The notes below the pieces were generated by a model. It saw only the letters and a list, made by a program, of their open reading frames with translations, was not told where the DNA came from and searched no databases. A DNA stretch of 64,000 nucleotides, taken from contig JBGAGQ010000001.1 in the NCBI GenBank assembly GCA_044226625.1, forward strand, positions 128,001 to 192,000, written 5' to 3'. The position numbers and the translations under genes were made by a program. This stretch comes from Thermoanaerobaculia bacterium (GTDB taxonomy: Bacteria > Acidobacteriota > Thermoanaerobaculia > Multivoradales > UBA5704). Of the stretch, positions 47,421 to 55,222 are shown in pieces (the first letter of the stretch is position 1; each line of letters begins with the position of its first letter).

Positions 47421-48647
47421 ATGCCCATGCGCACTCTCCCAAGCCCGAGCTCCCTGACCGCCATCGGTGTGCTCGCCTGCCTCGCCGCAGCCCCGGCACC
47501 GGCTCAAGCTCCCCTGCGACAGGCGGTCCTGTCGACCCAACCCGCGAGCACGGCGGGTTTCGCCTCGGTACCGGGAGGCGTGGCGGTCACCTGGTCGGAA
47601 ACCCGTCCGGATCGACCGTTGCCACGCAACGTTCTGCGCGCCGTCCGCCTCGACGAACGTCTCTCGACCCGGCTCTCCTTCGCCGTCGCGAACGACCGAA
47701 GCGGGCCCGAGACCTACTTTCAGTGCCCGGTGGTGGCGCGGGTCGGCGAGGACCGGATGGTGTTCGCCTGGTTGGCGACGACCACGGCCGGGCGGCGGAT
47801 CGCCTATCGAATGACGACTCTCGACGGCGCTCTCGCCTCGCCGGTGCGCTACGCCGAGAAAGAGACGCCGGAACGCGACGCGTTCTGTCCCCAGGTCGAC
47901 GGCTGGACGGGAGGTTTCGCGCTGTCCTGGCCGAGCGGCCCACGGACGGGCCCCCTCATCTCGTTCTATGCCCGGTCTTTCGATCGAAACGGAGCGCCCG
48001 TCTCCCCACGCGTGCAGATGCAGGCCGAAGCTCCGGCCGTCGGCTTTCCGGCAGGTATCGCGGTCGATCGCCGGGGCCATTTCACAGTTTCGTGGACGAT
48101 CCTCGGTCCCGGCGGAAGCTTCCCCGCCCGGTTGCGGATGAGGCGTTTCCTGCGGAACGGAATCCCGACCGCGGGCCCGATCGACGTGTCGACTCGGACG
48201 ACCGAAAGCGCCGCGCTCAGCCGGTTCGGCCGGGGCGCCCACGAAGGGGTGGAGATTGTCTGGCGCAGCCCGACCGAGAGCGGCCCGGGGTCGATTCGGG
48301 TCCAACGCTTCGACCGGCAGCTCCGGCCGCTCGCCCCCTCCCGCGAGGTGGCCCGCAGCGGGGTCTTCGGGCTGCCGGTCCTGCGGGTCGACGACGCGGG
48401 GCGGAGCGCGATCGGCTGGGAGCCCGAAGGGACCCGGCAGAATGGCCTCTTCGTCGACGCAACGCTCGCCCCGTGCGGCCGGCCGTTCCCGCTACAGATC
48501 GATCGCGCGGTGAGCGCCGTCAACCTCGCGTTCTCCGCGCGCGACCAGATCGCGGCGGGTTTGGTCGAAGAAAACGCGCAGAACATCCGCCGGCTCGTCG
48601 TGCGCAGCTACTCCCTCTCCTCATGCCCCGAGGGCGGCGTGCCGTAG
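47421..48647 (+). CDS. Hypothetical secreted beta-repeat protein
   Basis: Signal peptide ending APAQA; repeats of V.W...I..(R/Q)RFD..G.P. Confidence 0.65.
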   Translation: MPMRTLPSPSSLTAIGVLACLAAAPAPAQAPLRQAVLSTQPASTAGFASVPGGVAVTWSETRPDRPLPRNVLRAVRLDERLSTRLSFAVANDRSGPETYFQCPVVARVGEDRMVFAWLATTTAGRRIAYRMTTLDGALASPVRYAEKETPERDAFCPQVDGWTGGFALSWPSGPRTGPLISFYARSFDRNGAPVSPRVQMQAEAPAVGFPAGIAVDRRGHFTVSWTILGPGGSFPARLRMRRFLRNGIPTAGPIDVSTRTTESAALSRFGRGAHEGVEIVWRSPTESGPGSIRVQRFDRQLRPLAPSREVARSGVFGLPVLRVDDAGRSAIGWEPEGTRQNGLFVDATLAPCGRPFPLQIDRAVSAVNLAFSARDQIAAGLVEENAQNIRRLVVRSYSLSSCPEGGVP

Positions 48648-48664
48648 CTTTGGCTACCCGCCGA

Positions 48665-49057
48665 CTAAACGGCTTTCGCAGCCCGGGTAATCAGCTCCTC
48701 GAGGACTCCCAGGTCGACGTCGGCGAGCCGCTTCAGATAGAGGCACGACCCCTTGCTGCGCTTGTGCTTGCCCAGGCGAGCGAGAAGCTCCTCGTCCAGG
48801 CTCACGTAGAGCGTCAGGTCCGACTTCCGCGGGGAGAATGCCACGACCGGCCAGTCGTTCTCTTTCCCGTCGGCGTATTTCATCCGGTAGGAACCGAAGC
48901 CGACGATGCTCGGCCCCCACATGACCGGTCGCTCGCCGGTCGCCTTCTCGAACATGCGAACCAGGGCGCGGCAGTCCTCGCGGCGGGAATCTGGGGCCTG
49001 GGCGGCGATGAAATCGTCGACGCTCGCGTCGGTCGGTCGGGTCTTCGGCTCGGGCAT
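48665..49057 (-). CDS. DUF1801 (YdhG-like) protein
   Basis: MWGPSIVGFGSY, FSPRK, LGKHK.SKGSCLY. Confidence 0.88.
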   Translation of the reverse strand: MPEPKTRPTDASVDDFIAAQAPDSRREDCRALVRMFEKATGERPVMWGPSIVGFGSYRMKYADGKENDWPVVAFSPRKSDLTLYVSLDEELLARLGKHKRSKGSCLYLKRLADVDLGVLEELITRAAKAV

Positions 49058-49087
49058 GCGGGGTCTCCTCCGTCGTTCAAATCGCGG

Positions 49088-49426
49088 TCACGCGGACCGC
49101 GCCTGGGAAAACTCGGATTCGAGCCGCCAGAAGCTCCGCTCCGGCGGGCCTTCGAACAGGTCTCCGGCTTTCACCTTGAACGCCAGAAGATGCGGCGTCT
49201 CGAGATGCGGTCCGAGATAGGCCTCGCGGCTCGTCCACTCCTCGACGAGGAGGATGCGCGCGGGGTCCGCCGGATCCCGGAGGAGGCGGATCGCGAAGCA
49301 GTCGGGCTCCAGCGCGACCACCGTGGCGATCAGGTCGGTCAGCTCGCTGACGGCGGTGTCCACCCCCTCGGGCCGAGCCCGATAGGCGATGACGACGATG
49401 GTGGGCGGAATCGCCGCTTCGCTCAT
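49088..49426 (-). CDS. Antibiotic biosynthesis monooxygenase (ABM) family protein
   Basis: EPDC.....D..DP..ILLVEEW.S......HL..PH; ATGA overlap with the upstream gene. Confidence 0.8.
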   Translation of the reverse strand: MSEAAIPPTIVVIAYRARPEGVDTAVSELTDLIATVVALEPDCFAIRLLRDPADPARILLVEEWTSREAYLGPHLETPHLLAFKVKAGDLFEGPPERSFWRLESEFSQARSA

Positions 49427-50412
49427 GGGCGGCACGCGTAGGGCGACTGGGCGAGGGCCGCGGCGTAGATCGCATGGGCCTCGGCGGTCGGGTGGGGGTC
49501 TTCGTGGCTCACCCAATATCGCTCGCCGGGGCCGGGCGGAAACTCGTGCGAAGGGTCGATCACCTCGAAGCCGTTCGCCTTCGCGAGCTCGGCGACCCGG
49601 CCGAACAGCCCCTTGAACGGGCCGAAGTCCTTCGGCTCGTGCAGCTCCGGCAGCAGCAGCACCGTCCCGGGGATGCCGTCCTGGCGAAGGATCTCCCCGA
49701 GCTGGGCCATCTCGCGCTTCGTCGCCTCCCAGCCAGGCAGGCCGTCCTTGTAGAGGCCCTGATAGTACGGCTCGTAATGCTGGTAGGGACCGGAGAGGCG
49801 TTGCATGCGCGCCGACGCCAAGGAGATCAGCGAAGAGTGCCAAAAGAACGGGTTGAAGTTGGGCACCGGGTCGGCCTCTGCGTCGTTGTAGGAGTAGCCG
49901 AGGATCACCCATTTCGGCTTCATCGGCCGGAGGCGAGCCTCGTATCGCTTCACCTCCATCGAGGTGTTGCAGTTACCGATGCCGGCGTTCAAGACGGTCG
50001 CCCGCGGCGCCCCCTCCTTCGGGCACTGGACCGCGAGCAGGCGCTCGAGCTGCGCGGGGAACGTGTCCTTCTCCGCCGCACCCCAGCCGAACGTCACCGA
50101 ATCCCCGAGGGCGATCACCAGGCGGTCGTCCTTCGTGCGCCCGGCTTCGGTCGCCGGATCGGCGCGGCGGTTTCCCGCCTCGTCGGTGCGAACGGTGACC
50201 CCCATCAGCAGCTCGTCCGCGTTCGGCCGGTGCTCCTCGACCACGCCGGGAACGTCGGACTCGATCTTGATCAACTTGGCGTAGCGCCACATCTCGACGT
50301 CGAAGACGTGGAACGAGTACTTGGAGAGGAGCCGGAGCGCGACCTCGGCGACGAGCAGGGTCACGAACAGGCTGATCGACAGGACGAGAAGGCTTTTGAG
50401 CAGTTTGTTCAC
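49423..50412 (-). CDS. Membrane-anchored SGNH/GDSL hydrolase
   Basis: N-terminal TM; LGDSVTFG, NAG, YND, DPHP. Confidence 0.88.
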   Translation of the reverse strand: MNKLLKSLLVLSISLFVTLLVAEVALRLLSKYSFHVFDVEMWRYAKLIKIESDVPGVVEEHRPNADELLMGVTVRTDEAGNRRADPATEAGRTKDDRLVIALGDSVTFGWGAAEKDTFPAQLERLLAVQCPKEGAPRATVLNAGIGNCNTSMEVKRYEARLRPMKPKWVILGYSYNDAEADPVPNFNPFFWHSSLISLASARMQRLSGPYQHYEPYYQGLYKDGLPGWEATKREMAQLGEILRQDGIPGTVLLLPELHEPKDFGPFKGLFGRVAELAKANGFEVIDPSHEFPPGPGERYWVSHEDPHPTAEAHAIYAAALAQSPYACRP

Positions 50413-50555
50413 CGAAGACCTCGAGGGTACGGCGGAGGGTCCCGCCAGGTGAGTTCAGGACCGCCGAACGATAGCTCAACTCGGGTTCGGCACCCCACCC
50501 CGACGCCGGACGGACTTCCTCCGTAGACCTAGGTATAAAAGGGGTACTTCTCGTT

Positions 50556-50592
50556 GATCGGGGGCTCGGCATTCCGAGCCCCCCCGATCTTT
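50556..50592 (+). terminator. Strong hairpin, possible terminator, between divergent genes
   Basis: GATCGGGGGCTCGG-CATT-CCGAGCCCCCCCGATC followed by TTT. Confidence 0.5.
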
Positions 50593-50649
50593 CGGTTCCG
50601 AGCCGCCCCAGCCCCCCTCCACCGGCGGGCGCGGCGGTATGATGCGGTC

Positions 50650-51405
50650 ATGCCGCTTTCCGTCGTCACCTGGAACGTCAACGGCGTCCGCGCGCGCGCC
50701 GAGCAGGTGCTCGCGCTGCTCGCCAACGATCGGCCGGACGTGCTCTGTCTGCAAGAGATCAAAGCCGTGCCGGAGAAGGTCCCCGCCCCTTTGATCGACC
50801 ACCCGGGCTACTGGTCTCTCTGGCACGGAGCCGGGGGGTATTCGGGCGTTTCGCTTCTCCTCGCCAAGGCGCGCTTTCCAGAGACCCCAAAATTCGAGCA
50901 TCCGGCGTTCGACATGGAGACCCGCGTCGTCACCGCCGAGGCGGAGGGGATGCTGTTCGCCTCGATCTACGTACCGAACGGCGGCAAGGACTACGCGGCG
51001 AAGATCGCGTTCCTCCACCAGATGCGCGATTGGGCGGGGACACTGCGGGAAAACGAGCGGCCGACATTCCTCTGCGGTGACTTCAACATCGCGCGTGAGC
51101 TACGCGATGTCCATCCGAAGGAACGGAAGCCGGATCAGATCGGCACCCGCCCTGAGGAGCGCGCTTTGCTCGAAGAGATCTTCGGCCACGGATTGACGGA
51201 CGTTGGCCGAGCCCTCGATCCGGACAACGACAATCTCTTCACCTGGTGGGCGCCCTGGCGCAACCTTCGGCAGAGGAACATCGGCTGGCGGATCGACTAC
51301 GTGGCAGCCAGCCACGCCGCCGCCGCCCAGGCGACCGGAAGCCGGGTGCTGGCCGATTACGGCACCAGCGACCACGCTCCCGTAGTAGCCGAGTTCGGGC
51401 TCTGA
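50650..51405 (+). CDS. xth: Exodeoxyribonuclease III / AP endonuclease
   Basis: TWNVNG, LQEIK, GYSGV, YVPNG, GDFN, FTWW, GWRIDY, SDHAP. Confidence 0.93.
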   Translation: MPLSVVTWNVNGVRARAEQVLALLANDRPDVLCLQEIKAVPEKVPAPLIDHPGYWSLWHGAGGYSGVSLLLAKARFPETPKFEHPAFDMETRVVTAEAEGMLFASIYVPNGGKDYAAKIAFLHQMRDWAGTLRENERPTFLCGDFNIARELRDVHPKERKPDQIGTRPEERALLEEIFGHGLTDVGRALDPDNDNLFTWWAPWRNLRQRNIGWRIDYVAASHAAAAQATGSRVLADYGTSDHAPVVAEFGL

Positions 51406-51481
51406 GCCCGACACCCGAGACGCCAAGCGTCTGCGGGACGTCATGTTTCGGTAAGACGAGAACCGCTATCATCAGTCCGTC

Positions 51482-51850
51482 ATGCCCCGCCGCATCGCCG
51501 GAGCCCTGACGCTCCTCACCCTGGTCGCCGCGGTGTTCGCGTCCGCTCCGGCGGTCGCCGCGGACGACTGCTGCGGTAAGGCTTGCTTCTGCCGGCATGA
51601 GACCGCGGCGGCGCGCGGCGCATCCTGCGCGCTCCGCAAGGGGAATCCGTGCGGCGTCCGGCACCCTCTGCCGGCGGCTCGCGCGAGCGCACCCGAGCGT
51701 CCCGCCCTTCCGCTCAAGCGGGAGGCGTCGCTCCTGCCTCCCCTCGAGCCGTCGCCTCTCCGAGGCCTGCGATCGCAGCCTCGCACGAGCGCACCGCCGG
51801 ATGATCCAGCCACTCCGCCGCCGCGCCCCCTCTCCTCCGTCGCCGCCTGA
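51482..51850 (+). CDS. Small Cys-rich exported protein with a Pro-rich C-terminus (CutF/DUF2946-like)
   Basis: Signal peptide, CCGKACFC, tail PATPPPRP; sits upstream of an outer-membrane protein gene. Confidence 0.55.
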   Translation: MPRRIAGALTLLTLVAAVFASAPAVAADDCCGKACFCRHETAAARGASCALRKGNPCGVRHPLPAARASAPERPALPLKREASLLPPLEPSPLRGLRSQPRTSAPPDDPATPPPRPLSSVAA

Positions 51851-51948
51851 ACCTCGTCCCCGCGCACCGTTGTCGAGGCCGGTCTCCCGGTCCCTGCCTG
51901 CGCGCGCGGAAACTCGTTCAACAGTTTTCGATCTCGGAGGAGATCTCC

Positions 51949-52953
51949 ATGCTCCACGTTTTCCGGCGCCCGGTCCGCGTTCCGGGTCGCCTTTTCGCGT
52001 TCGCGCTCGGCGCGGCCGCCTTCGCCTCGTTCGTCCTCGCCTCCCCCGCCCTCGGCTGCTCGATGTGCCGCTGCGGCGATCCCACCTTCAACGCCCTCGG
52101 CACGGACGTCTACGCCCAGGGGAACTTCCGCATCGCGATCGACGGCGAGCGCTTCGAAAAGGAGCAGGCCGTCTCCGAGCACCACGGCCCTGAAGACGGC
52201 ACGGTGGAGAGCACTGACGGAGAGGAACACACCGCCAGCGAGGCGCAGGTCGAGCGGCGGGTGACCGCGACGCTCTCTTATGCCTTCGATCGGGTGAACC
52301 TGGTCGCCCGCCTCCCCTGGAGCGACCGCACGCTCGAGACGATCGGCGAGCCGGGGAGCGAGAGCTCGAACGGTCTCGCCGACCCGGAGCTCTACGCGCT
52401 GGTCCGCCTGTGGTCCGCGCCGTTCGTGGGCGACCTCGGTCGGCGCGCCTGGATCTCGGCTGTGGGCGGCGTCAAGACCGCCTGGGGAGAGAACGACCTC
52501 AAGTCCGGCGGCGAGCGCCTGGAGGAGCACCTCCAGCCCGGCACCGGCTCGACCGACTGGTTCGGCGGCTTCTCGGGCGTCTACCTTTTCGATTCCAGAT
52601 CTTCGCTGTTCGGCTCGCTCCAGTTCCGCAAGATGGGGACGAACGACTTCGGCTATCGCTACGGCGACGTCCGGCTCGCCAACCTCGGCTATAAGCGGAA
52701 GCTTGGCAAGCGGCTCGACGCGAGCCTGGAAGCAAATTACCGCGACGCCGACCGCGACCGGATCAGCGCCGAGGAAGGGATCGACCCGAACACCGGAGGC
52801 TCGGTGCTCTACCTGTCGCCCAGGCTCTCCGCCGACTTCGGCCACGGCCTCGTCGGTCGCCTTTCCTTCCAGATTCCGGTCGCCGACAACCTCGACGGTG
52901 ATCAGACCGAGAAGACGGTCGCGAACTTTGGGTTGACGTTCCTGGTGCGGTAG
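51949..52953 (+). CDS. Outer-membrane beta-barrel transporter-like protein with an N-terminal Cys motif
   Basis: Signal peptide then CSMCRCG; His/acidic loop; GLAD, GVKTAWG, LQPGTGS.D; amphipathic strands. Confidence 0.72.
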   Translation: MLHVFRRPVRVPGRLFAFALGAAAFASFVLASPALGCSMCRCGDPTFNALGTDVYAQGNFRIAIDGERFEKEQAVSEHHGPEDGTVESTDGEEHTASEAQVERRVTATLSYAFDRVNLVARLPWSDRTLETIGEPGSESSNGLADPELYALVRLWSAPFVGDLGRRAWISAVGGVKTAWGENDLKSGGERLEEHLQPGTGSTDWFGGFSGVYLFDSRSSLFGSLQFRKMGTNDFGYRYGDVRLANLGYKRKLGKRLDASLEANYRDADRDRISAEEGIDPNTGGSVLYLSPRLSADFGHGLVGRLSFQIPVADNLDGDQTEKTVANFGLTFLVR

Positions 52954-53005
52954 GAACCGACATTTTTGTACACCATGCCGGCGTTTTACGCCGTAAAATG
53001 CCGGT

Positions 53006-54169
53006 ATGGTGAGCAGAAAAGTCTTCCACCGGATCACCGCGGCGCCCAGGTCCAGTTTCTTCCTGTTCGGCGCGCGCGGGGTCGGCAAGAGCACCTGGGC
53101 TCGTGAAACGTTTCCGGAGGCTCATCGCTTCGACCTGCTCGACGAGGGGCGGTTTCAAAGCTACCTCTCCGATCCGGGGCTCTTCGGCAGCGAGCTTCGC
53201 GCGTTCAAACCGGGAAGCCAGGTGGTAGTGGACGAGGTCCAGCGGATTCCTGGGCTGTTGAACGAGGTCCACCGCGCGATCGAGGAGCTGGATCTGCGCT
53301 TCGCCCTTCTCGGATCGAGCGCACGAAAGCTCAAGACCGCGGGCACGAACCTACTGGCTGGCCGCGCGCTCTGGCGCACGATGTTCCCCTTCGTCCCCGA
53401 GGAGCTGGGAGCGGCCTTCGACCTGGCGACCACGTTGGAATTTGGCAGCATTCCCCTGGTCGTCGCCTCGGAAGCGCGCGCCGAAACCTTGGAAGCCTAC
53501 GTCCAGCTTTACCTGCGCGAAGAGATCCGGGGTGAGGCGTTGGTGCGGAACCTACCGGGGTTCGTCCGCTTCCTGCCGATCGCCGCTTTAGCCCACGGGC
53601 AGGCCATCAACGTCGCCGGGATCGCCCGCGATTCCGGCACAGCGCGGCCCACGGTCCAGGGCTACCTCGAGATCCTCGAAGACACCCTGCTCGCGTGGCG
53701 GCTTTCGGCGTTCGAATCGAAGCTACGGATCCGGGAGAGGAAGCACTCCAAGCTCTACTGGCTCGATCCGGGCCTCGTTCGGGCGATCAAGAAGCAGAGC
53801 GGCCCGGTCTCCGCGGAAGAAGCCGGAGCCCTTTTCGAGGGGTGGATCCACATGCTGCTCCGCGCCTACGGCGAAGCGGGCTCGCTGTTCGACGAGATCA
53901 CCTATTGGGCACCGGCCGAATCGCGCTCGGTGGAAGTCGACTTCCTCATCGAGCGAGGCGGCGAGCACCTGGCGATCGAGGTGAAGGCGGGCGAGCGCTT
54001 CGCGACCGGCTGGCTTGCCGGGTTGAAGGCGATCGGCGACCTACCGCGGCTCGCGCGCCGCATCCTCGTCTATACCGGCGAGCGCGAACTTCGCACCCCC
54101 GAAGGGATCGAGGTCTGGCCGCTGACCAAGTTCTTGGCGGCGCTGGCTGAAGGCAACCTCTGGCCCTGA
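53006..54169 (+). CDS. AAA+ ATPase with DUF4143 and a PD-(D/E)XK-like C-terminus
   Basis: GARGVGKST, VDEVQ, LGSS, LAGR, KLYWLDPG, EVDF...AIEVK. Confidence 0.9.
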   Translation: MVSRKVFHRITAAPRSSFFLFGARGVGKSTWARETFPEAHRFDLLDEGRFQSYLSDPGLFGSELRAFKPGSQVVVDEVQRIPGLLNEVHRAIEELDLRFALLGSSARKLKTAGTNLLAGRALWRTMFPFVPEELGAAFDLATTLEFGSIPLVVASEARAETLEAYVQLYLREEIRGEALVRNLPGFVRFLPIAALAHGQAINVAGIARDSGTARPTVQGYLEILEDTLLAWRLSAFESKLRIRERKHSKLYWLDPGLVRAIKKQSGPVSAEEAGALFEGWIHMLLRAYGEAGSLFDEITYWAPAESRSVEVDFLIERGGEHLAIEVKAGERFATGWLAGLKAIGDLPRLARRILVYTGERELRTPEGIEVWPLTKFLAALAEGNLWP

Positions 54170-54226
54170 GCTTGCCTCAGGTGATCAACCACTCGGCGCC
54201 TGCCACTCTTTAACCTGCGACGTTGC

Positions 54227-54694
54227 CTAGATCTGCCCGGTCCGCGCTGCGTGGATGAAGTCGACATACGGCGGCTCGTGCCCGGCGCGGCGTAGGTCGG
54301 CGAGGATCTGCGCGCGGTGGTGGACACCGTGGAAGATCGTCTGGCCGAGGATGTCGCCGACGCTATTGGTCCACGTCTCGCCGAGGGAGTTCACATAGAC
54401 GACCTTCAGGTCGAGATCCGCCTCTTCGAGGGTTTCGACTTCCTTTCTCCAAAGCTCGGCGGCCTCGACGAGCTCGCGCGCGACCGCGGCAAGATCGAGA
54501 TCCGGCCAGACGGCGAGGGGACTCCCTTCCCTTCGGATGCGCGCGAGCCAGAGACGGAGGACCCCCGCCACGTGGGCCAGCGTTCCTAGCGTTGCGAACG
54601 GCGGGGAAGGCAGCCCTTCGAGCGCGGTCAGGATCTCGCGGTTCGCCCAGGCGTCGAAGGCGAGCTGGCGGCGAATTTCTTTCAGACGATTCAT
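54227..54694 (-). CDS. DinB family protein
   Basis: WAN, H...LW..R, HGVHHRAQI. Confidence 0.88.
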   Translation of the reverse strand: MNRLKEIRRQLAFDAWANREILTALEGLPSPPFATLGTLAHVAGVLRLWLARIRREGSPLAVWPDLDLAAVARELVEAAELWRKEVETLEEADLDLKVVYVNSLGETWTNSVGDILGQTIFHGVHHRAQILADLRRAGHEPPYVDFIHAARTGQI

Positions 54695-54752
54695 GCCGGA
54701 CAGCCTATCTCGGAGGTCGCGACGCAACTTCTCGGCTCGCCGTCCGTACCCC

Positions 54753-54805
54753 TTGACGACAACTGTCGTCACGAGTATCTTCCCGCCTGACGACAGATGT
54801 AGGCA
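54753..54805 (+). promoter_or_regulatory. Sigma70 promoter overlapped by two BlaI-type operator dyads
   Basis: TTGACG-17 nt-TATCTT; perfect palindrome TGACGACA-AC-TGTCGTCA (54754-54771) and TGACGACA-GA-TGTAGGCA (54788-54805), both with the ACA-N2-TGT core. Confidence 0.85.
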
Positions 54806-54820
54806 ACCCAGGAGGAGCCC

Positions 54821-55222
54821 GTGACCCCAGACGCTTCCGTTCCGAAATCGATCGGCGATCAGGAGCTGGCGCTGCTCCGTTTCCTCGCCGACCGTGGCCC
54901 TCTCTCGGTGGGAGAAGCGGCGGAGGAATACGGCGCGCCGCGCGATCTAGCGCGCTCGACCGTGCTCACGATGATGGAGCGACTGCGCGCCAAGGGGCAC
55001 CTCGAGCGCAACAGCGACGGCGGCGTCTACCGCTACCAGACCTTGCAGCGCCCGGCCGAGCTGATGCGCGGCCTCGTCGGGCAATTCGTCGATCGCGCGC
55101 TCGGCGGCTCGGTCTCGCCGTTCGTGAGCTACCTCGCGGAGCGCGGCGAGGTCTCGGACGTCGAGCTTTCGGAGCTCGAACGCCTGGTCGAGCAGCTGCA
55201 GGAAAAGCGGAGGGATTCATGA
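54821..55222 (+). CDS. BlaI/MecI/CopY family repressor
   Basis: E...L..L, STVLTMMERL..KG.L.R, FVD...GGS...V..L; SD AGGAGGAG. Confidence 0.92.
   Translation: MTPDASVPKSIGDQELALLRFLADRGPLSVGEAAEEYGAPRDLARSTVLTMMERLRAKGHLERNSDGGVYRYQTLQRPAELMRGLVGQFVDRALGGSVSPFVSYLAERGEVSDVELSELERLVEQLQEKRRDS

Noticed and set aside
50420-50560. tRNA-Sec, RNase P (GGAGGAAGTCC-like), SRP, 6S or ydaO riboswitch
   Set aside because: Only short partial resemblances; no T-loop or CCA, no SRP GGAA-AGCAG loop, too short for RNase P. Kept as an unassigned candidate
53006-54169. AAA+/DUF4143 gene as a novel defence system
   Set aside because: A very common stand-alone family; no partner or island context here
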